From Salpingoeca rosetta (Eukaryota > Protista > Choanoflagellata): 64,000 nucleotides of DNA. A program made the position numbers and the translations under genes. This document shows, piece by piece, positions 19,726 through 33,897 of this stretch. The notes under the pieces are model-generated. The model worked only from the letters and a program-made list of their open reading frames with translations, was not told the origin of the DNA and made no database searches. Each line of letters begins with the position of its first letter. Position 1 is the first letter of the stretch. The stretch is taken from contig JAWQFM010000002.1 in NCBI GenBank assembly GCA_033442325.1, positions 2,382,615-2,446,614 on the forward strand, read 5' to 3'.

Positions 19726-20534
19726 CACCACCAAAAACACACAGTCAGCACAAACAGCAACCCTCCCGGCACCGCGCATCAGATAAATGGTGTATGATTT
19801 GTATGAAATTTCGGCATTCCACGTACGCCACCGCCGCCAAGTGCTTTGAATGTCGCGACCACCACGCAAACAACCAGCAACACACGCACCCCTCTCCGAG
19901 CCAAGACGCATCGCGCGTCGCACGAGTTGCCTGCCAACCATGCCATTCTCCTGGAAGCGAGTGCATGCGTGCATACAACGCAAGGGAGGACGGAGATGGC
20001 AACGTAGTGGCATTGCCAGCACACTGGCACGGTTGGAGGGGTCAACGCTGCCCATCTCCTGAGAATCAACCACCGGTACGCACACGTTCGCCTCGCATTC
20101 CACTGGTTTCAACCCTGCTCACTTCGCCACCAGCCACATCTTTAAGCGCACACACAGGCACGCACGCAGTCGCTCACGCACAGTCTGCCCTTTCATTCTC
20201 TGCTGCCACCCATCTTCCCTGTTTCCCGTGCCAGCCAAAGGTATGCAAGCCCTTGCTTCAGCTCCTCTGCTGCACCCGCACAGCACCACCACCTTTGTGC
20301 GACTACTGCTGCTGCCACCACCGCGTCTTGCCTTCTTTCTTGCCTTGCCCTAACTTGCCCCCTTTTTGCTTGCATCGCCGTCTGCCCACCTTGTCATTCC
20401 CCGCTCACCCTCCCTTCTCGCTCGCTGCATACCATTCCTTCCTGCCATTCCATTGGTTCGCCCTTGCCTGCAAGCAGAGGCTTGTGTTGGTGGTGTTGGT
20501 GGTGTGCCACAGGGGACCAGCCATCTGCGCCTGC

Positions 20535-21080
20535 ATGAGAAGCAACGGATTACGTACCACGCGCATTCCAAGCCCGCAATAGACTGCACCTTGCCCGTGC
20601 CTTGATCGCGCCCTTCCTCGCGCCCTTCCACATACACATCCCCGTCTCCATTTCCCGGCCTGCCACATACACTCCCTCCCTCGCACTCCGTTGCCTGGAT
20701 CGGCGATGTTGATGTCTTGGAGGCACACATCGACAAGAGCCTCAACGTCAACGTTCAACACCCATCGGTGCGTGCTGCAGCCTTGCTCTGCTTGTTCTGC
20801 TTCATCACCCACGCCATCGCTGCTTTCTGCATCATCATATCATCATCGCCCTCTGTTACGCCACGAACTCACCCATAGTCGCCCATACCACACACAAATA
20901 CAACCACGAACCAAACACCCATTACTTTCCACCAGACACGCGTCACCCCGCTGCATTATGCTGCACGCCGCGGTCATGTTGAGATTGCCCGCGTTCTCAT
21001 CGCACACGGCGCAAACCCGGCCGCTTGCTCAAAGGTCCGTTTGTGTCTGTGTGTGTGTGTGTCTGTGTGTGTGTGTGTGT

Positions 21081-21140
<60 letters not shown>

Positions 21141-21530
21141 CGCATCGATGTGTTTCCTTCGATCATGTATGCGTGGCGCATTTCTCCCATTCTCACTCTC
21201 GATAACCACCATATCCCTTGTTTGGTCGGCTGAGCAGGAGGGCTTGACCCCATACGATATGGCCCGCAAACACAAGCAAAGCGACATTGCCGACTTTCTG
21301 GAGAAGATTCGCAAGGTGCGCTTGTATGCGTGTGTCTGTGTGTCTGTGTGCGTGTGAGTCTGTGTCTGTGTCTGTGTGTGTCTGTGTGACAGATCTGCGA
21401 CAACTGGAGCTTTCGTCAGCAAGACGATTGCTGAGTGGTGAACAGCTGAAACATTCATCGCATCCGCTCTACTTGCCCCACTTTCTTGCTCACTTTGCTC
21501 TGCTGCCATCTCTCCCCTTGCCTTCTCTGA

Positions 21531-21563
<33 letters not shown>

Positions 21564-21876
21564 TGCAGTGTGTGCTGCATCTTCTCCCACACGAGAAGGA
21601 CATGGTCGTCGTCCGCGAAATCATCGAACGCGCAGACAACCTCGACTCCCGCCGCTACGTCAGTTCATTCACTTTGCTCTTGTGTGTCTGTGTCTGTGTG
21701 TCTCTGTGTCTGTGTGTGTCTTTGTTTGTTCGTCTCTTTCTCTCCGTCTCTCTGTGTCTGTAACTGTTGTCGTCGTTCACTGCCTCTCGTCGCATATTCC
21801 CCCCCCCCCACACACACACACACACATTCGCTTGTACTCACCCAGCAAATCACCCGATCGCGAAAAATACACTCAC

Positions 21877-21910
<34 letters not shown>

Positions 21911-22146
21911 GACAGCTCGGCGTGACCCCGCTGCACATTGCATGCGCCATTGGACAAGCAGAGATTGTGCGCATGCTGCTCGCGAGAGGCGCTTCCACAA
22001 AATACAAGGACCCGGTGCGTCATTGCCACTCTTCTTCCTTGCTGACCTTGTTGTTGCTGCTGCTGTTATTGTTGTTGTTGTAGTTGTTGCTGCTGCTGTT
22101 ATTGTTGTTGTTGTAGTTGTTGTTGTTGTTGTTGTTGTTGTTGTAG

Positions 22147-22193
<47 letters not shown>

Positions 22194-22771
22194 GCTGCTG
22201 CTGCTGCTACTGTCCTGGAGGCTGCTGTTCTTTTGTGCTGCTGACTGCATACATCACGTGCTTTGCAAGCATCCCTCCATTTCCGCACGCTTGCTCATAC
22301 GCCAGTGCTGTTATGTGTTCCCACTTCCTCTTTCTCTTTCTCTTTCTCTTTCTCTTTCTCTTTCGCTTTCTCTTTCTCTTTCTCATTCTGTTCTTCTTCT
22401 TTCTGTTCCTCTTGTCCTGCTGCTGCTGTTGCTCTTGAAATGACAGCGCAAGCGAACGTGTTTGCACTTTGCCGTCATCCACGGCCACAGGGAAGTGGTC
22501 TCCCTCCTCCTCGCATCAGGCATGAAGACAACATCACAAGACGACGTGAGTACTTTCTCTCTGTGTGTGTGTGTGTGTGTGTGCATCTGTGTGTGCGCGT
22601 GTGTGTTTGCCGCGTGAATCCTCTGCATTCCTCTCACCGCTCCATCGCTGCTCCGTGTCATGTCATGTCTATCTCCACCCCCCAGACGGGCCAGACCGCA
22701 GCCGAGTACGCCCGCGCCATGTACCCCGACATCTGGAAGGTCTTCGAGGTGCGTGAACACATGAGAGAAAG

Positions 22772-22860
<89 letters not shown>

Positions 22861-23270
22861 TGTGTTTGTGTTCGCTGTGGTCCTTTGCTGTGTGTGTGTT
22901 TGCGTTTGTGTCAAACCACTGCCATTTTTTGCCTTTGATGACCACGTTGCATTTGTACATGCGTGCTCGCTTGTATGCTTGCTCACGTGCTCGCTTTTAC
23001 ACACGCACACCTCTCACACGACACCTCGACACGGCCATGCATGCGATGAATCACAGAGCCCACCGGAGAAGATCAACTTTGCAGAAATGTACGGCAGCGG
23101 GAGCGGTAACAACAGCATGTCGTCGCGCGCGAGCACAGCGCAACTCCTGCCGCCATCGCAGTCACAGCCCGGATCGCCGCCCTTCTCGCCACAGCTGCAC
23201 CAGCTCGAGCGCATGTCCCAGTCCTCGGGCAGCTCAATCTCCCTCCTCTCCTCCCCAGGACGCATCAGCG

Positions 23271-23313
<43 letters not shown>

Positions 23314-23616
23314 GTGTGTTTGTGTCTACGTGTGTTGTTTGTGTGCACTCCAAACACTGCCGTCCATTTTTTCTTCACCTACACACACACACACACACAT
23401 ACACACACACACACACCTTTGTTCCCACCTCAGCCGACGGATATGGACGAGCTGCGGGAGTTCCTTGACGACTTGGACCTGGTGGACAAGGCGTACCACG
23501 TGCTCATTGCAAACGAGGTCTCGGACGTGGAGACGCTTCGCCTCATGTCAAAACAGGACATGATCTCCATCGGCATCAAACTTGGCGTTGCTCTCAAGAT
23601 TATCGGCCACCTCTAA
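20535..23616 (+). CDS. Ankyrin-repeat and C-terminal SAM domain protein (5' end uncertain)
   Basis: Ankyrin exons: TRVTPLHYAARRGHVEIARVLIAHGAN, EGLTPYDMARKH, LGVTPLHIACAIGQAEIVRMLLARGA, RTCLHFAVIHGHREVVSLLLASG and TGQTAAEYA. The last exon is SAM-like: ELREFLDDLDL...LRLMSKQDMISIGIKLGVALKIIGHL-stop. Confidence 0.85.
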
Positions 23617-24877
23617 GCATTCACCCGGCCAATCGCTCGCCGCTCCCAGCACCAACCCCTAGTCCTACTCCACGCACTGTTCCCCGCCCCTCTCCCTGTC
23701 AACTTGTTGAGGAATCCTCCCCCGTACACTCCCCCGGGTGCGCGCTTCCGTGTCCCTGCTCCTGCTCCTCCTCCTCCTCCTCCTCCTCCTGCTCCTCCTC
23801 CTCCTCCTCCTCCTCCTCCTCCTCCTCCTCCTCCTCCTCCTGTTCTGCTCCTTGTTCCGGACAACGTACCAACCTCTTTGTTTCTATTGAAACCAAGGGT
23901 TTGTTTTATCCTTTGTTATCTCTTTGAGTGCGCGCGCATGTGCCATTTCCCACGTTTGGGTTGAGCCGCTGCCTGCCTGCTCGCCTTTCTTGCCGCTTTT
24001 GTGTTTGGGAGTTCTCCCGTTGCAATTTATGTTACAGGACTCGTCAGGTGCTTGTTGTTGTTGTTGATGGCTGGTTGGTGTGCTCTGTGCATGGTTTGTG
24101 TGACCACCACCGCCGCCGTTGCGTGTGCGCGTTTGAGTTGTGGTGAGTTTTGGGTTAAGTGGGCGAGTGAGTGCTGCTCACGGCTGTCTTTGGCTGCTGC
24201 CATTCACAGAGCCGTCTCTGTTGTGTGCAGGGAGGAGACGTGAGAAGCCGCTGCACCCTGGTGTGGCCGTGATGCGCGTGCCTGGTGTGCCGTGATGCGC
24301 GTGCCTGGTGTGCCGTGATGCGCGTGCCTGGAGTGATCGCGCTACACTCTTCCCTCCCTGTTGTTTTTGTTGTTGTCGTGGTTAAACCCTGTACATGCAA
24401 CGCTGTTTGTTGTGCTGCATCGGTGTCGTTTGCGTTTATTTGTAAGTGCATGTGCATGTGTGTGCATGTGTTGTTCGTAAGGTTGCGTGTGAGGTTGTGT
24501 AAGTCGGTGTATACTTTGCAAGTCCCACATGCCTAACCCCCTCATAAAAGCCAAACCAAATATGTAGCGTGCAGGGGTGTTTGCAGTGGAAGTGTGGGTG
24601 TGGGGGCGTTTGCAACGTGGGGAAGATAGAGTTGCTGCTGCTGCGCAAAGCAAAACACGACAGCACATCAAACAGGTTCAGACAAGTTTTAATCCGTGAT
24701 TTCTTGCTTTCTCTTTTTTGGCGCCAAAACAACAAGAGACGACCGCCAACACACACATCACACGACATCACGGATACGAACACACACACACAAGCGTGCC
24801 TCAGCCAGATTCAGCCCTCTTGTCGTGCCCTCGATTGAGCTCACACTTGCTTCTCCTCCTCACCCTTCCAACCAACC

Positions 24878-24992
24878 ATGGACGGTGGCTTTGGTGGTGG
24901 CGGCTTTGGTGACTACAACACATCCAATGGCGGTATGCACGCTGTACGTGCGTGTCTGTGTGCGTGTGTCTCTGTGTGTCTGTGTGTGTGTA

Positions 24993-25036
<44 letters not shown>

Positions 25037-26666
25037 GATTTCTTGCATGGTTTTTGTGCCGGGGGTGCGTGTGTACCCTTATCTCATTGTTCGATCCGCG
25101 TCTCACCGCGTGCTGCTGCTGCGCCGCTGCTCAGGTGGATTCATGACTGGCGAAGGCGGTGGCTTTTCCAGCCAGAGCCCCGCAGATGCTGGCATCAAGG
25201 TTCGCTGCAGCACCATTCAGTGTGTGTGTCTGTCTATGCAGCGAGGAAGAGATCTACTCGTGCACACACACGCACACACACGCACATACACACGCACATA
25301 CACACGCACATACACACACACAGAGCACACACATACACACACAGAGCACACACACGCGCACACACGCCAACACGCACACACGCACATTTCTCCCTCTCTC
25401 TCTTTCTTACACAACACAACAAACAAAACACATGTGCTCACGGTGCCTTGTTGTGTGGATGTGTGCGTGGATGTGTGCGTGTGTCTGCCCACAGCGCATC
25501 TCCACAGTGACGCCCGTGTGCGTGAAGCAAGTCAAGGACGCGCAGCGCGGTGACGACACCAGCTTCATCGTCAACGGCGTCGCTGTGGACAAAGTCGCCC
25601 TGGTGGCCGTCATCCGCAACGTGCAGCAGAAGGCCACCCGCATCTCCTACAACGTGGAGGACCACACGGGTCTCATTGATGTCATGCAGTACCTCTCTGG
25701 TGGCGATGACGAGGAGGAACCCCAAGTCCCAGAGGAGGTGGCACAGAACAGGTGTGCGTGTGTCTGTGTGTGTCTGTGTGCGTGTGTCTGTGTGTGTCTG
25801 TGTGTGTCTGTGTGTGTCTGTGTGTGTGCGTCGATACTGTGGTGTCGCTGCGCCAATGTCGCAGTGTGTATCCATGCTGTGCCCATGCCGGAGTGTATAC
25901 CCATGCTGTGCCTTGCAGCGGTGGTGTGTGCGTGAGCGCAAAGCACTGCCATGCATGCGCCCTACCTGTGCTCACGGACCGCCATTACGCTTGGCTTCGC
26001 TTCCTTCGTGGTTTGCGCACAATGGTCCAGGGAGGGCCGCTACGTGCGAATTGTTGCGTCGATACGCGCGGGCGAGGACGACTCAAAGCGCCTCAACGCG
26101 TTCCTCATCACCCCAATCGACGATCACAACGAGCTGACATACCACTTTCTCAATGTCGTCTACGCCAACTTGGTCAGCAGCCACGGCATCCTCGGCGTAA
26201 GTGACTCCCCCCCCCCCCTCTTTGCTGGCGTGCTGAACACTTGCTTCCGCTGCTTGTTGTCCACCACCACCTTGCTCCACCACCACCTTGCTCCTTGCCT
26301 ATTGTGTTTGTGATCCCCCGGCCGGCCTTCTATTTATTCGTGATCCACTCACATGCAGTCCTTTCTTTGTGTTTGTGTTTGTTCCATTTTCTCACCCCCC
26401 CCCCTTCCCCTTTCAACCACGTTTCACCCACAGGAGCGCAAGCTTGGTTTGCAGGCGGGTCAGCCGCGTGGCTCACAACCGTCCCAGGCCGGTATGGCTG
26501 GGCAAGGCATGGGCACGGCGACCAACGGCGCAACCGCCTTCAACAACACACCAGTGCGTTGATTTTCTGTGCATGTATGTGTGGTGGTTGCGGTGCTGCT
26601 GCTGCTGCTGCTGGTGGTGGTGGTGATAGTTGCGCTCACTCACACACACACACGCACACACACTCG

Positions 26667-26697
<31 letters not shown>

Positions 26698-27026
26698 TCT
26701 CACACTACGCCTTGTGTGTGTGATGAAACAGATGGACACGGGACTTCCTCGCAACTTGCAGGCTGTGCTCAACGTCATCCAAACAGAGGGCAGCGCATCG
26801 GAGACAGGTGTTGGCATGTCCACCATCCTCGACCGCCTCAGACCACAGGGCTTCAACGAGCCACAGATCAGGTGCGCGTGTATGTGTGTGTGTGTATGTG
26901 TGTCTGTGTCTGTCTGTGTGCGTGTGTGCTGTGTGTGTCTTGTCTGTCTGTGCGTTTGCGCATGAACACTGTTGCTCAACCTCATCAAAAGCATGGACAC
27001 TATCTTAACCTTTGGTTCCCCCCTCC

Positions 27027-27105
<79 letters not shown>

Positions 27106-27185
27106 CTGCTGTGGAGGAGCTGCTGAACGAAGGACAAGTGTACTCGACCGTTGATGACGACCACTTCAAGAGCACAGATGATTAA
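24878..27185 (+). CDS. RPA2: Replication protein A 32 kDa subunit
   Basis: Gly/Phe-rich N-terminus (GGFM...SQSP); OB fold [10 protein letters not shown]...[12 protein letters not shown]...YVRIVASIR...[20 protein letters not shown]; winged-helix end [28 protein letters not shown] at 27183-27185. Confidence 0.95.
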
Positions 27186-27913
27186 ACCCAACGGATTCAA
27201 CCCCCTACACATCCCCACTCACACGAACGTACACACACACACACACGCACATGCCCTTGCCCACAAACACACGTGCGTGCATTATGCTGTTCCCTTTCCC
27301 ACTGTTAGTAGCTCCCTGTATGCGTTTGCGTTGTTGCTTATATGTTGGCAACACGCCACCACAGCCTCTCTCTGCCTCCTTTCGTGTTTGCTTAAGCAGC
27401 CCCTTCCCCCTTCGCACATCCCCGACCGCCTTCTTTGATGGACTGTTCAATAATCACTCACCAACGCAAGAGAAAGCTTCATGTCATGATACAATACACA
27501 AAGACGAGGGAATGCAAATAGATACATGGCATCGCTGGAAGAAAGATACACACAGCTAAATACAACTTGATACAAACTCGGTTCAGGTGATGAAAGCGAG
27601 TTGGGACCCGGTTGGGAACAACCAACGTAGAGTACACAAAGCACAAAGGGTTTTCAATTCGCTCTCCTCCTTTCGACACATTGACCTCAACAACTCAATC
27701 TCAAATAGCACAGAGCCAGCAATATGCACAACGGCTGACGGGGTATGTTACACGTCTCACACCACACCACGCACCTACACACACACACACACACACACGC
27801 CACGCACTTACACACACGCGCGCGCCACGCACTTACACACACGCACACACACACACACACAAATCACACCACACCACACCACACCACACACCACACACAC
27901 ACACACACACACA

Positions 27914-30881
27914 TCATGCACGCTCGGTGGAGGGGTCATCACTGGCTGTGGCTGCTTCTGTTGTTGCACGCAGTGGCGGTGGCGGTGGTGGTGGTGGAGT
28001 GCCAGGCAGAGTCGCTGAAGGAGTAGACGATTCCACACCTGAAGCTTGTGATGGCATGACAGCTGGGGCCACGGAGGTGGTGGGAGCACTGCTGGTGCCC
28101 CTGCCAATGCCGGTGCTGCTTGAGGTTGTCGTGGCGATGGAAGTGACAGGGGTGGCGCCAATGACACCAGTGCTGGTGCTGGCAGAGGTGGTGGGCGCAG
28201 CAGTGACTGTGGTAGCGATGCCAGTGGTTGAAGTGGTACATGTGGTGGCAGGCGATGCAGTCGTCACTACACCCACGGTTGCGGTGCTTGCAGTTGCAGC
28301 GCTGGTGGTTGTTGTGCTGGTGGTCACGGTGGCACTTGAAGGCGATGACTGGAAGCCAAAGAAGGTAGGGCCCATGATGGGGTGGGCAGTACCAGCGCCA
28401 CCAACACCTGCGCCACCAACACCTGCGCCACCAACACCTGCGCCACCAGTGCCAGCACCACCAGTGCCGACGTGCGTCATGGGTGCACCGCTGTGCATGT
28501 AGGCCTGAGCCACGTTAGCAGGGGTGTAGGGATAATCACCACTGGCATGGGGATGGCCCGCGTATGGTGCTGCGGATGTGGGCGCCAGGCTGTACACAAG
28601 CCCCGAATCAGACCACTGCTCGAAAAACGAGGATGGAAGCCGCTGCCTCACGCGTGGCTTGGTCGTGCAGACCACGCAGGAAGGATCCGAACACATGGGC
28701 AGACCCGTGCTGGGGTTGACAGTCGTCTTGTGCGCTGGTGGCGGAGGTGGTGGCTGGTTCGCTTCGGCCACCTTCTTCTTCACTGCAGCCATCATCGCCT
28801 CCTGAAGAAGTGTCGTTGAGACGCTGGACATGGGCAGCGTCTTGCGTTTGGACTTTGCTGGTCGCTGATCTTCACCAGGCGTTGTGCTCGCAGGGAACAA
28901 GCTGCTGCTGGTACTGCTGGTGGTGTTGGTGGTCACAGGCGTCGCAGTCGTGTCGTTAGTGGTGATGGAGCTGCTTGTGGTGGCGCGGCTTGTGAATGCT
29001 GGTGGCGTCGTCGTGGTCGGCAACGGCGTGCTTGCTGAGCCGCCACTCGTTGTTGTCGCGGTGCCGCCGATGCCGGCTGCGTTCATGCTGGCGGTGCTTG
29101 CGGAGATGGCTGTGGAGATGGGCCCTGGTGGCAGCAGCACTGTATGTGTTGGAGCTGGTGCTGCTGCCGGTTGCGACCAGGACGATTCTCCGCCCGTCGC
29201 ACAAGCCACAGAAGACGGCATGGTGCTCACAACCCTTCTTCCCGTGGCAACCGCTGGCATTGCTGACGAGGCCATCGGCTGCCATGCAGGTGCAGCAGTA
29301 GCAGCAAACTGCCCCCTTGTGCTTGGGTTGTAGAAAGCCTGCGTAGCCGTCGTCGAAGACGCAGTGCTCACCGTGGTCGTGCCCACTCCACCCAAGCCGG
29401 CCGCCGTGTAGAAACTGGCATTGCCCATGGCTGTGTTTGGCATGCTCGCCGCTGTGGTACCCGCGGTAGCAATGCCAGCGCCTGTACTTGTCACGCTCGC
29501 TGCCGTTGACGCGCCTGGCGCGGCGATTGTGCTGCCCGGCACTGAACAACCAGTATCGGTATCCGGGGACGCAGGGCGCGATGAAGACAGGCTGACCAAG
29601 GCCAAGGCGGCTGTCGTTGTGGCTGACACGGCCGCGGGCCCTGTGCTCTCACTCGCGCTCGTGGCGGTGGTTGTGGTGGTGGCGGTGGCAGCGGCCGGCT
29701 GTCCTTCCACATCGGGTGCGTAGAGTGGCACTGTGAAGGAGGATGAGGAGGTGGACGAGGATCCGGCAGTAGCGGATGCAACATTCATAGGTTTTACAGC
29801 AGCGACAGCAGCAGACGAAGAAGAAGAAGAAGTTGTTGTTGTTGTTGTTGTTGCTACTGTTGCTGCTGTTGTTGTTGTTGCTGTTGCTGTTGCTGTTGCT
29901 GTTGCGGCTGCTGTTGTTGAGGCGGTGATGCCCTGCACAGGCGACGGTGACATGGCTGGTATCATTGTCATGGGCACGCCATGTGACCCCACGGGATGGA
30001 ACATGAGAGGCATGTGCGCCATGCCCGGCATCATGGGCATCATGCCAGGTGGTGCGGATGGCGCTTGTGCCATGGCTGCCGTGGACATGCCAGACATGCC
30101 ATGTGTCGGTGCTGTGGTTGCTGATGGCAGCGCTGACGTCTTCGTCGGTGCCGCTGCTGCCGCGTCCGGTGTTGTTGCTGTTGTTGCAGAAGCAGGTAGC
30201 ATTGCCACTTGTGGTCCCCAGTGCATGCCACCTGGAGCTACCCAGTACCCGTTGGTGACCACAAACCCCATGTGTGGATGTGGATGCTGCTGATGACTCG
30301 CGCCGTGTGGCTGGATGAACACAGCGCTGTTGTAGACGCTCATGCCCTGGGCCTGCAGCGGCCGTGGACTGCTGACGCTGGTCTCGCCTTTATCTGCTTG
30401 CCCGCGGCTGATGTTTCCGCGTCCGGTTTGACCTTGCCGCTGCCGCCCCGGCCGCTGCGCTTTCCTCTTCGCCGTTGTCACTGCGGCTGTTGTTGTTGAC
30501 GGCGATGACGATGCTGAAGACGCTGCTGAGGACGACGGGCTGTCGGCGGACGTGGGCTGACTGCCGCTGCTGCTGGGGCTGACCTGTGGCTGGTTGCCGG
30601 CCGCTGCTTGCTTCTCGGCCTTCATGCACTCGACAACCTTGCGGGCCAGCGCGATGTCAATCTTCTCTGGGTTGACCGTCATCCCAAAGCGGCTCACTTC
30701 CACGACGTTGGAGCTCCGGCACTTGTGCAAGCGCGTCGTGCCGTCGGGGAGCGTTTCCGTCACAACAATCCACGTCCTGCCAGGCAAATGAGATGGGGCG
30801 TTACAAGAATAGCAAGGGGTGGAGCAAGTTGCAAGCCGTGAGTTGCACGTGGGGTGGGGGTGGAGCACACAACACACACAC

Positions 30882-30960
<79 letters not shown>

Positions 30961-33843
30961 GACCAGGTGGGCAGTGGTGCTTGCATGCATTTCAGCAGGG
31001 CGTGTGTGCACACGCAGCTTGCTTGCAAGCACAAGCAGGCGCAACTCAGACGAAATGCCCCACAACATGTGCCTGCAAGCATAAATGCACATGCCCACAC
31101 TCACACCACACACACACACACACGAGCACAAGCACACAAGCACACAAGCACACACACACACAAGCACAAGCACAAGCACACACAGCTCCACAACAACCAG
31201 CAATGACAAGCACCAACACGATGACCACTGGCATGTACGCACGATGGAAAGTTGGGCGGTCCCGTGAGCTTGCCGCGGTGACACCCGCCACTCTTGGACT
31301 TGATCACAATGTCTGCGCCCTCTTTGAGGAAGTTGAACAGAACCGTGCTACCCAACCGCTTGAGGGCGGCGCGAGCAGGGCGAATGCCGTTGATGCGCTC
31401 CTCGGTGGGCTCCCAGTCGAGATTGGACGGGCGCGCGCTAATCTCTGGCCGGTCGCCAACTTTGAGGCGAACCCAAGTGCTGGGGAACATGGGCGGTTGC
31501 ACGACGACGGCCTTTTCGCCCTCCTGTGCCTCCCCCTTGCGAACAATGCATCCTTCCAGGGCCCCGGGCAACCGCTTGACGACCACCACGTCACCTGCTT
31601 GCAGCTAACCGAACATTCGGCAACAACAAGACACAAACCGCAAACGTTAGTGGACACGCTTGGTCACATCCAACCTTCAACGGCATCCTCACCTCACAGA
31701 GCGACACAAACATCATGCCTGCAAGCACAACCTCAGAGCCGGATGAAGGTGTGACTGGCTCCACACGACAACACACACACATACACGCACATACACACAT
31801 ACACACGACACACATACACGCATACACACACGCACACGTCTCTCCCTCCCTGTTTCGCAACAAGCACGCACCGAGACAAACTTGAGCTTTCGCTCGCAGC
31901 GGCCAAGCTCCTCCACGAGAACTTCCAGGGCTTGGTTGACTTTGCGAGGCTGCCGCTTGGACTTTGCACGGGCCGAAGAAACCCTTGAGGGCTTGTAGGT
32001 ACCGTCGCGCTGAGAAGCTGGGGGGCGCTTCGCAGCCTTGCGCTTCTTGGTCGGCTTGCGGCCCGGGGTATGCGGTGTCTGCTGCTGCTGCTGCTGCTGC
32101 GTGGTGCCCACACTGCCGCCCTCCACTGCCGGCGCTAGCGGCGGCGCTGGTGTAGCGCCTTTGTTGTCGCTGCTGCTGTCGCTGGAATCGCCGCCGGCTT
32201 CTGCCTTGCGGTAGCGCAGGGGTGGGCGGGATGCCCGCTTTGGGCGCTTGCGCACGGGCACTCCCTCGCCATTGACCACGGGGATGAGTGAAGCGGGGAT
32301 GGCAGCGCCTGGCTGTGGGGTGGGGCCATGGCTCTCGCTGCATGGTGTATCTGGTTGGGGCTTGCGCTTTGCGGTCGCCCCCTTGGTGGCAGCACTCTTG
32401 GACGCCTTTGCCTTGGCTGTTGCAAGGCCACGTTTGGGCGTGGCGGCCTTGGTGCTTGTGTGCTTGGCAGCGGCGCTCTTCTGCTTGGCACCCTTTGCTG
32501 CGCGCGCCTTGGCAACGGCGTCCTTTGGCTTGCCAGCGCCAACCTTTGCGACCTTGGCCTTCTTCTTTTGCGGATGCTGCTGCTGGTGCTGCTGCTCAGA
32601 GTCGCCAGTGCCGTCGTTGCCGTTGGGTGTGTTCGCAGGCGCCACAGCCGCGGCACTAGGGCCTCTCTTTGAGGATGTAATCTCGTTTGCAGCTGCACGT
32701 AGAGCAAAAAGGAATACGTGTAGCGGTGTGAGTGAGGCAAAGGTGGACGGGAGGTGATGGAATACGAGTCATGTAGGACATGCAATGGATTCGTGCGCAC
32801 GCGTTCACAAGACAAGGGACCACACACACGCTAGCATTCACATGGGGACGTGGAGGGTCGTGTCTGACATAACGTGCAACAACCGAACGCACAGCACACA
32901 GCACTGCACATGCAGACGCCACGCAGAAGACCATGCAATGACAATCGAGCGGCAAGCTGGTGGCATCGCCAGCAGACATACCTGACACGGTCGGAGTGGG
33001 CCCAGCGTGCTGAGGCTGCTCCAGGACGGAGAGTTTGGGTGCCCTGTGTGTGTGTGTGTGTGTGTGTTGTGTTGTGTTGTGTTGTGTGTGTGTGTGTGTG
33101 TGTTGTGTTGTGTTGTGTGTGTGTGTGTTGTGTTGTGTGTGTGTGTGTTGTGTTGTGTGAGTGTGTGTGTTGGGAGGGGAAAGGCTGATGAGATGGTGAC
33201 ATTAACATGTGCTTGCGGTAGTTGTGCATGTACAAGTGTGTTCTCTCTCAAACGGTGTCGCAGTGAACCTGCAATAAGTACTTGTGTCTGTGTGTGTGTG
33301 TGTGTGTGTGTGCGTACAATGTCGAAATGCTGCACTTCTTGGCACTTGCGCGAGGACCACCGGAGGTCTTCTTCGTCGATGGTGTCTTCTTCTTGGCGCC
33401 GGTGGCCTTTGACGCCAGTGTGGCCTTCTTCCGCTGGGTTGTCGCCTTCTTCTTGCCCTTGGTGGTGGTTGTGGTGTCTTGGGAGGCAGCTGCTGTGCCC
33501 GTCGAGGCGAGGCGGAGCTTCCGGCGCGTTTTTGGCGTCGGTGGGTCGGGAAGCTGAGTCGGAGATTGGGGGTTGTGTGGGAACGGCTGACTGCTGGCCT
33601 CGAAGACGAAGTCTGCCACGGCGAGGAGCTCCACCTCAGGGTTGTGAACCGAGTAGTAGACCCGTTTCCGCAAACGACGCAAGTCTCCGTAGGTCAGTGC
33701 CTCTGTGTCGACAAGCAGCTCGCTCGGTGGGTGCGTGGGTGCCAACGGGGCGGGTACCTTCTTGGACGATAAAGGGACCTTGCTGCTGCTGCTGCTGCTG
33801 CTGCTGTTGTTGTTGTTCTCCTCCTTCTTGCTGCTGCTGCTGC

Positions 33844-33897
<54 letters not shown>

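Noticed and set aside
21393-21450. Possible exon with an in-frame TGA (selenocysteine or readthrough)
   Set aside because: The flanking exons join in phase without it, so it is best read as intron.
24265-24332. 23-bp x3 direct repeat (gccgtgatgcgcgtgcctggtgt)
   Set aside because: A short local slippage repeat with no other supporting structure.
27586-27740. C/D snoRNA candidate (GTGATGA...CTGA)
   Set aside because: No terminal stem or recognisable guide; it lies in a convergent 3' UTR region.
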